Positions 20,639-31,517 of a stretch of 64,000 bases of DNA are shown in pieces. Numbering within the stretch: the stretch's first letter is position 1; the number at the start of each line of letters is the position of its first letter. The position numbers and the translations under genes are program-made. This DNA is from Planctomycetota bacterium (GTDB lineage Bacteria > Planctomycetota > Planctomycetia > Planctomycetales > Planctomycetaceae). The notes beneath the pieces were generated by a model, which searched no databases, had not been told where the DNA came from, and worked only from the letters and a program-made list of their open reading frames with translations. The stretch covers positions 3,150-67,149 of the forward strand of contig JAEZFD010000052.1 of NCBI GenBank assembly GCA_023417655.1, in the 5' to 3' direction.

Positions 20639-21976
20639 TTGGGCGAACCACAACGCGAATCTCTGAAGGTCAGTGCCCGCAAATGCATTCTCGCCGCGGT
20701 ACGGGATCAAGAGACCGCGAAACAGAAAGAAACAGTCTTCGACGAAATCGTCGGCCTGGTGAAGACAGCCGGTTCTGAGATCGTCGGAACACTTCTTCAA
20801 TCGAGAGACAAACCCGACCCGGCATCCTATTTCGGGAAAGGGAAGCTGATCGAGTTGAAGGAAATGATCGGAGCCACCGGGGCAGATCTGATTGTTTTCG
20901 ACAATCACCTTTCTCCCTCTCAGGGAAAGCACATCGAGGAAGTGACCCGCTGTCAGGTCGTTGACCGCAGTGAGGTGATTCTCGATATCTTCGCGACACA
21001 CGCGAGTTCTTACGAATCTCAGCTGCAGGTGGAACTTGCGCAGTTGCTGTACCTGCGTCCTCGACTGACGCGCATGTGGACCCACCTTGAGCGAATCGAG
21101 GGGGGGATCGGCAGCGGGCGCGGTCCTGGGGAAAAGCAGCTGGAAACCGACCGACGGCTTGTGGACAAGCGAATCGACGAGCTGAAGCGAAAGCTGAAGA
21201 CCGTCGAGCAGCGACGCGAGCAGCAGGCCTCCAGCCGCACGTCTCATGTTTCCGTCTCACTGGTCGGCTATACCAACGCCGGTAAGAGCACGCTGATGAA
21301 TGCTCTCACCGGGGCTGATGTCTATATCGCTGACAAACTGTTCGCCACGCTCGATACGAAGACCCGAAAGTGGAAACTTCCGCGCTGGGGCGACGTCTTG
21401 CTGAGCGATACCGTCGGATTCATCCGTGACCTGCCGCACCATCTGGTCGCGTCATTCAAGTCGACGCTGGCAGAAGCCCGGCACGCGGATGTGTTGCTGC
21501 ACGTCGTTGATGCGAGTCATCCGCAGGCGCAGCAGCAGATCGAAACTGTCAACGAGGTTCTGGCCGAACTTGGGATCAACACGACCGAACCGATTCTTGT
21601 GCTGAATAAAGTCGACGCAGCGCCGGATCGGGCGATTGTCGACGTAATGCGGTCAAAATATCCCGGGTCAATCACCGTCAGTGCGAAGGAGAAAACCGGT
21701 CTCGACCGGCTGGCTCATGTCGTCTCCGAACGGCTGGCATCAGGGTTCCTGGAAATCCTCGTGAAGAGTGATGTCGGCAATGGAAAGGTTCACTCCTTCC
21801 TTGTCGAGCACGCTGAAGTGGTTAACACTGCTTACCACGAAAACGAGGTCGTTTATCAAACCCGAATTGCGAAACGCTTTATCCATCTGTTGGAGAAAGC
21901 GGGTGCGCAGGTGACGACCTTGGACCACCAGCCAGTTCAGCTCGAAAACTTCGATCATGACTCGCTGCTGATCTGA
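20639..21976 (+). CDS. hflX: GTPase HflX
   Basis: LQVELAQL, GPGEKQLETDRR, GYTNAGKSTL, LFATLD, DTVGFI. TTG start after TAAGGAG. Confidence 0.97.
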   Translation: MGEPQRESLKVSARKCILAAVRDQETAKQKETVFDEIVGLVKTAGSEIVGTLLQSRDKPDPASYFGKGKLIELKEMIGATGADLIVFDNHLSPSQGKHIEEVTRCQVVDRSEVILDIFATHASSYESQLQVELAQLLYLRPRLTRMWTHLERIEGGIGSGRGPGEKQLETDRRLVDKRIDELKRKLKTVEQRREQQASSRTSHVSVSLVGYTNAGKSTLMNALTGADVYIADKLFATLDTKTRKWKLPRWGDVLLSDTVGFIRDLPHHLVASFKSTLAEARHADVLLHVVDASHPQAQQQIETVNEVLAELGINTTEPILVLNKVDAAPDRAIVDVMRSKYPGSITVSAKEKTGLDRLAHVVSERLASGFLEILVKSDVGNGKVHSFLVEHAEVVNTAYHENEVVYQTRIAKRFIHLLEKAGAQVTTLDHQPVQLENFDHDSLLI

Positions 21977-22065
21977 GCCGGGTCCGGTCTGACTGATGTT
22001 TTTCAACCCACGGGATCTTCAAAGATCCCGTTTCCTTTTCCTGACAGGCACTGAAGCTCCGACTC

Positions 22066-22944
22066 ATGACGAGACAAAGCACTGGGATTGCCGAACTGGA
22101 TGAGATGCTGGGCGGAGGACTGATTCCCGGAACTCTGACTGTCGCGCTCGGAGCCACCGGAATCGGAAAGACGCAACTCGGCCTGCAGTACCTGTACGCC
22201 GGAAAGCAGCAGGAAGGTGAGACGGGCGTTCTCTTCGACATGACTTCACGAGGAGATTCCCAGAATCATGCCGAATACGCGAAGCGGATGTTTCAATGGG
22301 AAATGCGAGAGCGCCCCGCCCGATGGCAGATTGAACAGGCTTCCGACTATTGGACCCGCGAACTTGTTCGCTGGGACGCAGCTCACCCGTTCATGCAGGC
22401 CGGACGCCGCGTCACGATGAGTGACATGAATACGGACCAGCAGCGGGAGTGGAAAGCTGAACTGAACAAGAAGCTGGTCGATACCATTTCCTTCTTCCAC
22501 GGCAACTTCTGTCAGGGAGTCCGCCGCTGCGTCATTGACGGGATCGAGCCCAGTGACAAAGCCAGTGATTCTTTTCAATTCGAGCTGTTTGAATACATTT
22601 ATCACCAGATTCTGCGAAAAGATCACGACTGGGTTGCGAGAGATCTGCTCCGTGTCCAGTTCCGAGAGAACAGTGCGCTCGTTGATCAACATGCGTACCG
22701 GCATCAGGACGTCGGCTGCCTGATGCTCTGCACGACGCATGAAGTGATGCTGGATAATCTGCTGTCGCGTCCCATTGAATCAGGGGACGTACTGAGCAAT
22801 GCGAACACGATTATCCTGATGGGAAAAATCCGCGAAGGAACCAAAATCAGTCGTGCTCTCTGCGTCGCCAAGCACCGCGGCAGTCGTTGCGATGAATCGA
22901 TCCGCGAATACACCGTCAACGATTCAGGGATACAACTTTCCTGA
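22066..22944 (+). CDS. Single-domain KaiC/RAD55-family RecA-fold ATPase
   Basis: [14 protein letters not shown], Walker A GATGIGKT, Walker B CVIDG, C-terminal VAKHRGS. Confidence 0.85.
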   Translation: MTRQSTGIAELDEMLGGGLIPGTLTVALGATGIGKTQLGLQYLYAGKQQEGETGVLFDMTSRGDSQNHAEYAKRMFQWEMRERPARWQIEQASDYWTRELVRWDAAHPFMQAGRRVTMSDMNTDQQREWKAELNKKLVDTISFFHGNFCQGVRRCVIDGIEPSDKASDSFQFELFEYIYHQILRKDHDWVARDLLRVQFRENSALVDQHAYRHQDVGCLMLCTTHEVMLDNLLSRPIESGDVLSNANTIILMGKIREGTKISRALCVAKHRGSRCDESIREYTVNDSGIQLS

Positions 22945-23042
22945 TTCCGGATTCTCGCGGATCATTTGCGCCTCAATGTAAACCGGAATTGAAAGTCGGC
23001 AGCCTCGCGCTACCATAAAAGTGACCTTTCTCGGGAGCAGGC

Positions 23043-24467
23043 ATGGCTGATCGACCGCAAACGCTGGGGGAATTGAAGCAATCTGGTTACCGGTCCGTTC
23101 CGGTCAAGCAGGAGATGCGCCGTAATTTGATCGCAAAACTGCGTCAGAAGGAACCACTCTTCCCCGGGATTCTGGGTTACGAAGAAACCGTCATCCCCCA
23201 AATTGTCAACGGTATTCTCGCTCAGCATGACATGTTGTTTCTCGGCCTTCGCGGGCAGGGAAAGACACGCATGCTCCGGATGATGACTCAATTTCTCGAT
23301 GAGGCCATTCCGATCGTCGCCGGGTCAGAAATTCAGGATGACCCTCTCTCCCCGATTTCCAAGTATTCCCGTGATCTGATCGCATCGCAGGGGGACTCCA
23401 CACCAATCACATGGATTGGTCGGAGTGAACGCTATCACGAAAAGCTCGCGACTCCCGACGTCACGATTGCGGATCTCATCGGCGAAGTCGACCTCATCAA
23501 GCATGCCGAAGGACGGCACCTCTCTGATGAATCGGTGATGCACTTCGGACTGATTCCCCGAAGTCATCGCGGCATCTTCTGCATGAATGAACTTCCGGAC
23601 CTGTCGCCAAAGATTCAGGTCGGTCTGTTTAACGTGCTGGAAGAACGGGACATCCAGATCCGCGGCTTCACCGTTCGCCTGCCGCTCGACGTTTGCCTGA
23701 TTTTCTCAGCGAATCCCGAGGACTACACCAATCGCGGCCGGATTGTCACGCCGTTGAAGGACCGCATCGGATCGGTCGTCCGCACGCATTACCCATCCAC
23801 TCGAGAGTTGGGGATCAAGATCGTCGAAGAACAGGCCTGGGTGCAGCGCGACACGGTGCAGGTGACGGTTCCGCGATTCATCAAAGAGGTCGTCGAAGAA
23901 GTCAGCCGCCTTGCCCGTACCAGTCCCCATGTGAATCAGGCTTCCGGGGTCAGCGTCCGGATGTCGATTACCAACATGGAGACCGCGATCTCCAACGCCG
24001 AACGCCGGGCCCTGCAACAGGGACAGCAATCAGCACTCGTGCGGATCAGTGACCTTTACTGGCTCGCAGCGAGCACGCGCGGGAAAGTCGAACTGGGCCT
24101 GTCCGAAGACACAGGTGACGAAGATGTGCTGATTCAACGATTACTCGAAGAAGCCATCAAGAACGTCTTTGATCAGTCGTTGGCTCCCAAACGCTTTAAT
24201 GCTGTCGTCGAGTTTGTCGATCAGGGACAGCCGATCAAGCTGAGTGGTGACGCGACGGCCGCACAGATCCTGCAGGAGGTCGGCCGGATTCGCGGTTTCC
24301 GGGACCTGCTCAAGACAGTCGCATCGGATCTGGAACCAGACCTCGCGACGGGTCCATTGGCAGATGACCTGCAGGCAGCGGTGGCCGAACTGATTCTGCA
24401 CAGCCTGTACGCTCACAATCGGCTGAATCGCAAGGTTTCCGTCGGCCAGATCACGTTCGGTCGGTGA
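23043..24467 (+). CDS. AAA+ ATPase, Mg-chelatase ChlI-like/MoxR-related
   Basis: GLRGQGKT, NELPDL, SANPEDYTNRGRIVTPLKDR, GVSVR. Confidence 0.85.
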   Translation: MADRPQTLGELKQSGYRSVPVKQEMRRNLIAKLRQKEPLFPGILGYEETVIPQIVNGILAQHDMLFLGLRGQGKTRMLRMMTQFLDEAIPIVAGSEIQDDPLSPISKYSRDLIASQGDSTPITWIGRSERYHEKLATPDVTIADLIGEVDLIKHAEGRHLSDESVMHFGLIPRSHRGIFCMNELPDLSPKIQVGLFNVLEERDIQIRGFTVRLPLDVCLIFSANPEDYTNRGRIVTPLKDRIGSVVRTHYPSTRELGIKIVEEQAWVQRDTVQVTVPRFIKEVVEEVSRLARTSPHVNQASGVSVRMSITNMETAISNAERRALQQGQQSALVRISDLYWLAASTRGKVELGLSEDTGDEDVLIQRLLEEAIKNVFDQSLAPKRFNAVVEFVDQGQPIKLSGDATAAQILQEVGRIRGFRDLLKTVASDLEPDLATGPLADDLQAAVAELILHSLYAHNRLNRKVSVGQITFGR

Positions 24468-24503
24468 CCGGCCCCTCTCAGCAAAGACTGTCGCACAACG
24501 CTC

Positions 24504-25532
24504 TCACGCAACAACGTCGACAATCGCCTTGATCGCACCTGTTTCAGGGCGAGTGAACAGTTCGAATTGAGAGACCAGTTCGTCGTAGCCCACGTGATGC
24601 GTGATCCACGGTCGAGTATCGATGGTCCCTTCCTCGATCAGACGAATGATCCGGAGGAAGTCCTCCGGAAGAGCATTGCGGGATCCCAGAACGGAGACCT
24701 CAGGTCGATGCATGGCTGAATGCAGAAACGCGATTTCCCCACCGGTGATTCCGACATAGACCAGTGCCCCCGCCTGAGCGACATATTGCATCGCCTGCGA
24801 CATCGATCGATTGCTTCCGGTCGCATCGATGACGACGGCATATCGATCGCCCCCGGTAATCTGTGCCATCCGCTCCAGCTCACTGCCGTCGCCTGTCGCG
24901 GTAATCGTGTGCGGGACCTGATAGGTATCGCGGCAGAACTGCAGCCGTTCTTCATTTATGTCCATGACCGTCACAACGGCACCCGTCAGTCGCGTGAATT
25001 CCAGTGCCGACAGTCCAATCGGTCCTGCCCCGATGATGAGAGCGTGTTCGCCTGACTGGGGATTTCCGCGGTTTGTGGCATGACAACCAATTGCCAGTGT
25101 TTCGACGAGTGCCAGCTGGTTATAGTCGAGTTGAGTTGAAGGGTGCAGTTTCTCCGCGCGAATCAGAAACTGGTCGCAAAGCCCCCCATCGATCATGACC
25201 CCGATGACATTCAGTGTCTCGCAGCAATTGGAATGGCCGCGTCGACACGCGAAGCAGGTTCCGCAGTTCATATAGGGTTCGACACTGCATCGATCACCTA
25301 CAGAGACGTTGGTAACGCCGGGCCCGACTTCCAGAACTTCCACCCCAAGCTCGTGGCCGGGAATTCGCGGATAGCGATAAAATGGCATCTTGCCGAGATA
25401 GCCGGCGAGATCAGAACCACAAATCCCCATCCGGTGCGTCCTGACCAATGCCTGCCCTGCTCCGGGACGACCTGGCTCAGGGACTTCGACATATTCAAAC
25501 TGGCATGGTTCTCGGAGGCGAATGGCGCGCAT
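24504..25532 (-). CDS. Zinc-binding alcohol dehydrogenase (sugar-acid dehydrogenase-like)
   Basis: GICGSD, GHE, CGTCFACRRGHSNCC, GAGPIG, GSRNA. Start at MRAIRL. Confidence 0.9.
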   Translation of the reverse strand: MRAIRLREPCQFEYVEVPEPGRPGAGQALVRTHRMGICGSDLAGYLGKMPFYRYPRIPGHELGVEVLEVGPGVTNVSVGDRCSVEPYMNCGTCFACRRGHSNCCETLNVIGVMIDGGLCDQFLIRAEKLHPSTQLDYNQLALVETLAIGCHATNRGNPQSGEHALIIGAGPIGLSALEFTRLTGAVVTVMDINEERLQFCRDTYQVPHTITATGDGSELERMAQITGGDRYAVVIDATGSNRSMSQAMQYVAQAGALVYVGITGGEIAFLHSAMHRPEVSVLGSRNALPEDFLRIIRLIEEGTIDTRPWITHHVGYDELVSQFELFTRPETGAIKAIVDVVA

Positions 25533-25735
25533 GAACAGTCTTCCCGGTTTGAAATCCCGATCCCGCCCTCGCAGGTCCTCACAGAGACAGTCTCGAAACG
25601 TAGAGACCAAACGACAGAGAGGGCGCAGGATTATGTCATTCCGTCTCTCAAAATGGCATACGATCAACGTTCTTTGATGAAAATTTCTGATCGCTCCCCT
25701 CTCCCGCCGCTTTCGTGAATTCAGAAGGATCTCCC

Positions 25736-26431
25736 ATGTCCGAAACACTGATCCTGACCCGTTCCCAAGTCCGGAGTGTGGATGAAATCGCCGTACGGGA
25801 GTTCGAGATTCCGTCCCTGATCCTGATGGAGAATGCAGGCCGGAGTTGTGCTCTCGCGCTTCAAGAACTGGGAATTCCGTCATCCGCCCGAGTCATCGTC
25901 TGCTGCGGAAAAGGGAATAACGGCGGAGACGGAATTGTCATGGCGAGACATCTCGCCAACGCCGGTGTTTCAGTAGAACTCCTGCTGTTCCATCGCCCGG
26001 AAGAACTGTCACATGATGCCCTCGTGAATTACCGCATCCTGACGCATTCCGAAGTTGTCATTCACCACTTGCAGATCCCCGAGCAACTCGACGAATTGCA
26101 GAATCACCTGCGGCAATCCGCCTGGGTCGTTGATGCCCTGCTGGGGACGGGAGCGACGGGACAATTACGCTCACCTTACGATCAACTCATTCCGGCGATG
26201 AACGCATCCGGGCGCCCGATTCTGGCGATTGACCTTCCCTCCGGGCTCGACTGTGACGACGGCTCTGTCGGATCTGAGGCGATTATCGCGACGGCGACAG
26301 TGACGCTCGTCGCAGCAAAACCAGGTTTCACGACTGAACTCGGGCGTAAGCATTGTGGGCAGATTGTGATCGGACAAATCGGAATTCCCCTGAATCTGCT
26401 GCACCGCTTTTCTTCTTCGTCTGTTCTTTGA
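25736..26431 (+). CDS. nnrE: NAD(P)H-hydrate epimerase (stand-alone YjeF_N)
   Basis: LMENAG, GKGNNGGDG, DALLGTG, IDLPSG. Confidence 0.92.
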   Translation: MSETLILTRSQVRSVDEIAVREFEIPSLILMENAGRSCALALQELGIPSSARVIVCCGKGNNGGDGIVMARHLANAGVSVELLLFHRPEELSHDALVNYRILTHSEVVIHHLQIPEQLDELQNHLRQSAWVVDALLGTGATGQLRSPYDQLIPAMNASGRPILAIDLPSGLDCDDGSVGSEAIIATATVTLVAAKPGFTTELGRKHCGQIVIGQIGIPLNLLHRFSSSSVL

Positions 26432-26603
26432 AATTTTCAAGAAAAAGAGGGCGGAACGATACACCGACCGGCAACTGTCAATCTGTCACGTGAATCGTCG
26501 GGGTTTTATCAATCTCATTGAACTAAAAAATATGCACACCAAGCCAGGTTCGCCGCACCGCGAATTCCTGGCTGCGTCTGGTGAACCAATCGGGAGGAAC
26601 ATC

Positions 26604-28139
26604 ATGAAGGTAAAAAACAACTTTGCATTCGTGCTGACTGCCGTCGGAGGCTTGTGCCTCGGGGCCGCGGCAGTCGGAGTCTCACAACCGCACGCGCCGG
26701 TCACAGCGCTCGCTCCAGCCCCTGCCCACTCTCCGGAAGATCTGTCGATTGCTTTCCGCGATGTGGCGAAGAATGTCCTTCCCGCAGTCGTTTCGATTTC
26801 CACGGAAACCAGGCCAACGGAAGTCACTGATTCCGGTGTCTCCGAAGGCCGACCCGGTTCACGCCAGCAGGAACAACTGTTCCAGGAATTCTTCGGACAG
26901 GACCCTCGCTTCGAACAGTTCTTCAAGAAGATGCCTCGAACGGTTCCCCGTCAACAGGGCGCCGGTTCTGGATTCATCGTCGACCCCACAGGGATCGTGC
27001 TGACCAACAGCCACGTTGTGGAAGGTGCGACCAAAGTCACCGTCAAACTGCACGACGGGCGTGAATTCCAGGCCGAATCATGGAACTTTGATCCACGCTC
27101 TGACGTCGCCATCGTCCGCATTAAAGCAGATGAAAACCTGCCAAGCGTTGTCCTCGGTGACAGCAATCTGATGCAAATCGGTGACTGGGTCCTCGCACTC
27201 GGGAACCCATTCAATATCGGGACGACAGTGACCTCGGGCATCATCAGTGCCACTGGTCGCGGACCGGGGATCAACGAACGTGAGGAATACCTTCAGACTG
27301 ATGCCGCCATTAATCCAGGAAACAGCGGGGGACCGCTGGTGAACCTGTACGGTGAAGTGATCGGCATCAATACTGCGATCTCTTCACGCAGCGGTGGATA
27401 TGACGGAGTCGGGTTTGCGATTCCTTCTGAAAACGTCCGCTGGGTCGCTGATCAGCTGATTGCCCACGGAGAAGTGAAGCGGTCTTACCTGGGTGTTTCG
27501 CTGCAGGAACTGACTGCCGAATTGCGGAAGCAGTTCAATGTTCCATCTGACAAGGGAGCACTGGTTCTGGATGTGATGCCGGACACCCCGGCTGCACAGG
27601 CCAAGCTGTTGCCCGGTGACATCATCCTGCAGTTCAACGGGAAGGCAATCACGAATCGTGACGCTCTGGTTGGCATCGTTGAACGGTCTTCACCAAACAA
27701 GACCTATGACATGGTCGTGCTGCGTGAAGGCAAGGAAGTGACCGTGCCAGTGAAACTGGGAAGTATGCCTGCCAACTTCACTTCGGCTCTGCGACGAGCC
27801 CGAGTGAACGACAAGCCACGGGAACAGGCTCAACCGGATAATGTCGAAATTTCCAAACTGGGAATTGAAGTGACCTCCCTGTCTCCAGAACTGACTGAAC
27901 AGCTCGGACTGGAAAAAGGAGCGACTGGCGTTGTCGTGAAGAATGTGAAAGAAGGCAGTCCTGCCGAAGCTGCTGAATTGCAGCCAGGCGACTTGATTCA
28001 GCGAGTCGGAACGAAAGCTGTAAAGGGAGTCGAAGACTTCCGGGCCGCAGTGAACGACGCCGATCTGAATCAGGGAATTCTGCTGCATCTGAAACGAGGC
28101 AAGAATTCTGCATTCATCGTGGTGAAGCCAGTCCAATAA
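26604..28139 (+). CDS. HtrA/DegP (Do-family) serine protease with two PDZ domains
   Basis: Signal peptide. Catalytic triad in TNSHVV, SDVA, INPGNSGG. Confidence 0.95.
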   Translation: MKVKNNFAFVLTAVGGLCLGAAAVGVSQPHAPVTALAPAPAHSPEDLSIAFRDVAKNVLPAVVSISTETRPTEVTDSGVSEGRPGSRQQEQLFQEFFGQDPRFEQFFKKMPRTVPRQQGAGSGFIVDPTGIVLTNSHVVEGATKVTVKLHDGREFQAESWNFDPRSDVAIVRIKADENLPSVVLGDSNLMQIGDWVLALGNPFNIGTTVTSGIISATGRGPGINEREEYLQTDAAINPGNSGGPLVNLYGEVIGINTAISSRSGGYDGVGFAIPSENVRWVADQLIAHGEVKRSYLGVSLQELTAELRKQFNVPSDKGALVLDVMPDTPAAQAKLLPGDIILQFNGKAITNRDALVGIVERSSPNKTYDMVVLREGKEVTVPVKLGSMPANFTSALRRARVNDKPREQAQPDNVEISKLGIEVTSLSPELTEQLGLEKGATGVVVKNVKEGSPAEAAELQPGDLIQRVGTKAVKGVEDFRAAVNDADLNQGILLHLKRGKNSAFIVVKPVQ

Positions 28140-28178
28140 CGCATCCAACGAAGTGTTTGATGAGTTGTTCCTGCCGAT

Positions 28179-28230
28179 CGCCCCGCCTTTTCCGGTTTCT
28201 TCCGGGAAAGTGCGGGGCGTTTCGCGTTTT
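28179..28230 (+). terminator. Probable intrinsic terminator after the HtrA gene
   Basis: CGCCCCGC...GCGGGGCG long stem followed by TTTCGCGTTTT. Confidence 0.6.
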
Positions 28231-28299
28231 ATCCCTCGCTCACCCATGTGGTATCTTTCTGTGTGGACATTGCACCTGTACGCCTGAGAGATCGCCGGA

Positions 28300-29385
28300 A
28301 TGATTGACACTGATCTTCTTCAACGCCTTTGGGACGCTGCACCGCAGGTCGATCTCTCCGAAGCATGGCCGGCCGATCAGATGCGATGGCTGGAAGAGGC
28401 AGGCGTCCTGCGCTGGGGAATTCCAGAGGAACTCGGCGGCCAGAGCATCTCCGCTGCGGATCAGCTGGGGGGATATCAATCGCTGGCCGCGAACTGCATG
28501 ACGACCGCTTTCATTCTGACGCAACGGGTCGCCGCCATCTCGCGAGTGGTCGCCTCCGTGAACCAGCCCGCCCGCGAGCGGTGGCTCCCGAAACTCGCGA
28601 CCGGCGAGGCATTCAGCACCGTTGGAATCTCGCATCTCACGACCTCTCGGCAACATCTTCGCACTCCTGCGGTGCGAGTCGTGATCGATGGCGACAAGCT
28701 CACCTTGAATGGATCAATCCCCTGGGTGACGGGAGCCGCTCATGCCGATCTGATTGTCACGGGAGGCACCTGTGACGACGGACGCCAATGTCTGATCGCA
28801 TTGCCGACGGCCGCGCCCGGCGTCTCCGTCGATCCGCACGCCCATCTGCTGGCACTCACGGCATCTCACACGGCGACCGTGCAGCTCGAGAATGTCGAAT
28901 TGTCCGCAGAATGCCTGCTTGCTGGCCCCGTCGAGAACCTGATGTCTGCCGGGAAAGGGGGAGGAACCGGGTCTCTCACGACGTCCTTTCTTGCTCTGGG
29001 GCTTGCCCAAAGGGTTCAGACGTTCCTCGTTGAACAGGAGAAACTGCGTCCTGACTTGCAGCCGGTGGTCCGCAGTCTTGTCTCGGAGATCGTCAACCTG
29101 CATCTGGATATGAACTTCGCGCTGACCCATCCCGATGAGACCGCAGAACGCTATTCCGCAGCCAGTATTCGTCAACGGGTCAACTCACTGGCAGTCCGGG
29201 TTTCTCAGGCGGCACTCGGCATCAGCAAAGGGGCAGGTTTCGTCCGCGGGCACGTCGCAGAGCGATCAGTCCGGGAAGCGATGTTCTTCCTCGTCTGGTC
29301 CTGTCCGCAACCGGTCGTTCAGGGGGGACTGGAAGAACTCGTCTGTCGAGGAAACAATGCCGGGTTCGGTCCAGAGACCGAGTAG
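28300..29385 (+). CDS. Acyl-CoA dehydrogenase family protein
   Basis: IPEELGG, WLPKLATGE, LNGSIPWVTG, ERSVREA. Confidence 0.85.
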   Translation: MIDTDLLQRLWDAAPQVDLSEAWPADQMRWLEEAGVLRWGIPEELGGQSISAADQLGGYQSLAANCMTTAFILTQRVAAISRVVASVNQPARERWLPKLATGEAFSTVGISHLTTSRQHLRTPAVRVVIDGDKLTLNGSIPWVTGAAHADLIVTGGTCDDGRQCLIALPTAAPGVSVDPHAHLLALTASHTATVQLENVELSAECLLAGPVENLMSAGKGGGTGSLTTSFLALGLAQRVQTFLVEQEKLRPDLQPVVRSLVSEIVNLHLDMNFALTHPDETAERYSAASIRQRVNSLAVRVSQAALGISKGAGFVRGHVAERSVREAMFFLVWSCPQPVVQGGLEELVCRGNNAGFGPETE

Positions 29386-29495
29386 TCCGACCGCTTTGAG
29401 AAAATGGAGTCATTCCCGCAGATCGCCAATTTCAATTCCGTCCCAAAAGTTTTATGTTGAGACGGCATTATTTGAGTGGCCTCCAGTGACGGAGA

Positions 29496-31499
29496 GTGGT
29501 TTCGTTGATTGAGCCCCGCGCGCCTGCTGTTCCCCCTCAGAACGTTCCCCGCTGGGTCAGAACGCCTGTATTCAGTGTCGTGATTTTTATCGCGGCAATG
29601 ATCGAGGTGACCCGCTGGGCCGACGCTGAGGATCGCGCCGCCGCACTCACGGGCTGGATGGCGGGGCCGACACAGGACTGGTTCCCGTTCCTGCCACTGC
29701 TCGTGCTGATTCTGCTGGCAATGGCCGTCCGCAAAGCGCCGAAATCAGGAGTCCGCGTTTCCCGGTGGAGAAAGTGGCTTGCCTATTCGGCCGCCGACGG
29801 AAAAGGGACAACCGGGTCATGGATTGCCTCCCTCGGAATCGGGGTGCTGGCTTTTCTCGTTTCAGCAGGCTTTAACGCTCCTTATCGGGATCTGCAGCCG
29901 GCGTATCACGATGAGTTCAGTTATCTTTTTCAGGCAGAAACATTTCTGCAGGGGCGACTCTGGTTTCCCAGTGCTCCCGAGCACCCTGAACTGTTTGATC
30001 AGATGCATGTCCTCAACGAAGGGCATTTTGCCAGTCGCTACTTCCCCGGCACCGGACTCTGGCTGACCCCGTTTCTTGCCATGGGAATCCCTTGGCTGGC
30101 ACAACTGATTGCGCAGTCGATCTGCGCAATGCTGATGTTCTGGACCGGGCGGGAACTGACCAGCAATGGCGTCGGCTTGCTGGCCGGAATCTTGTTTGCC
30201 CTTTCGCCAGGCATGATCCTGTTCAGCGGTCTGATGCTGGCACATCATCCGACACTTCTCGGGTTGATGTTCTTTCTCTGGGCATTTGTGAAATGGATTC
30301 GCACAGGCTCCTTGTCATTGCTCGTGATCGCCGGGACAGGACTGGCTTTTGCCATGCTCTGCCGGCCAATGACCGCTGCCGGTTTCGCTTTTCCATTCGG
30401 TCTGTTTTTCGTTTTCTGGTGGATCACGGGTCGGCCTCGCAGCCTGCCGCCACAAAGCACCGAGAATATCAGCGAAACTCAGGAGATCAGCCGGATCGTC
30501 GATCGGTACTTTGCTGCAGAAGCAGCAGAACGAACGCATGTTGTCCCTGCGTTTCAGCGATCCTTGGCTGCTGTAATGCTGGGACTTCCTCTCGTTGTCG
30601 CGGCGCTCTTTCTTCTGGCGACTCAGCGAGAGATCACCGGGTCAGCCTGGGTCTCTCCTTACCAGCTCTACACGGATGTCTATACCCCACGACACCGTTA
30701 CGGTTTTGATAACGTGATCATCGGGGAGAAGCATCTGGGCCCCAAAGTTCTCGACAACTATGACCGTTGGGCGGAAAATTTGACGCCCGAACTCGCACGC
30801 GAGAACGTAATCACCCGTCTCACCACAAGCATGCGCTGGACACTTGGAGTTCTCCCGCTCACTCTCGGGGCGGCCACCGTACTTTTGACCCCCACTCTCG
30901 GCAGCCGGCGCTGGTTTCTAATCATCGCATCCATTATCTCACTGCATGTCGCCCATATCCCCTACTGGTTTGTGGGAATCATGGGATGGCATTACGTCCT
31001 TGAGACAGCTCCGCTCTGGCTGCTGATCTTTGCAGAGGGCTCTGCCCGACTGGAACGAACATGGGTTCAAACCGGGGCAGTCGGAATGCGCATCTGGTGG
31101 CGCGCGATGATTGGAATCGCTGTCGCCGTGAACCTGATCACGGTTCCTCCCCTCTGGCCGGGTCGCTTACCTCAGGGCCTCGCAGAAACTGCTTACCCGC
31201 GTCGCCTGTACACTCAGTTCCGACACTCGATCGAGGGGCTTCGAAACGGCGAGCCGGTGATCGTCTTTGTCATCCCTGATCCGACCGATCGGCACATGGA
31301 TTTCGTGACGAATCCCCCGTCGCTCGACGGCCCCGTTCTCATCGCACGACTTTCGAATCGTGCAGATCTCGCTCAGCGCGCGAGCCTCTTCCCTGACCGC
31401 CACGTTCTGATCTTCAATGCCGCTGATCGCAGCTGGGAGCAAGTCCGCCGCGCCGGTCAGCCAATTCCAGAATCCAAAACATCCGGGACTGGAAAGTAA
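29496..31499 (+). CDS. ArnT/GT39-like multi-TM glycosyltransferase
   Basis: HDEFSYLFQA, SRYFPG, many TM helices, LCRP. Confidence 0.75.
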   Translation: MVSLIEPRAPAVPPQNVPRWVRTPVFSVVIFIAAMIEVTRWADAEDRAAALTGWMAGPTQDWFPFLPLLVLILLAMAVRKAPKSGVRVSRWRKWLAYSAADGKGTTGSWIASLGIGVLAFLVSAGFNAPYRDLQPAYHDEFSYLFQAETFLQGRLWFPSAPEHPELFDQMHVLNEGHFASRYFPGTGLWLTPFLAMGIPWLAQLIAQSICAMLMFWTGRELTSNGVGLLAGILFALSPGMILFSGLMLAHHPTLLGLMFFLWAFVKWIRTGSLSLLVIAGTGLAFAMLCRPMTAAGFAFPFGLFFVFWWITGRPRSLPPQSTENISETQEISRIVDRYFAAEAAERTHVVPAFQRSLAAVMLGLPLVVAALFLLATQREITGSAWVSPYQLYTDVYTPRHRYGFDNVIIGEKHLGPKVLDNYDRWAENLTPELARENVITRLTTSMRWTLGVLPLTLGAATVLLTPTLGSRRWFLIIASIISLHVAHIPYWFVGIMGWHYVLETAPLWLLIFAEGSARLERTWVQTGAVGMRIWWRAMIGIAVAVNLITVPPLWPGRLPQGLAETAYPRRLYTQFRHSIEGLRNGEPVIVFVIPDPTDRHMDFVTNPPSLDGPVLIARLSNRADLAQRASLFPDRHVLIFNAADRSWEQVRRAGQPIPESKTSGTGK

Positions 31500-31517
31500 G
31501 CAGAGTCTGCCTTCGTC

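Noticed and set aside
22066..24467. Circadian clock or chlorophyll synthesis genes
   Set aside because: Single KaiC domain without kaiA/kaiB, and no chlD/chlH or other photosynthesis genes
24504..25883. Long N-terminal extensions in the ORF track (dehydrogenase, aspS, MazG, pstS)
   Set aside because: Upstream in-frame starts overlap neighbours or lack an RBS. Family homology begins at the downstream starts
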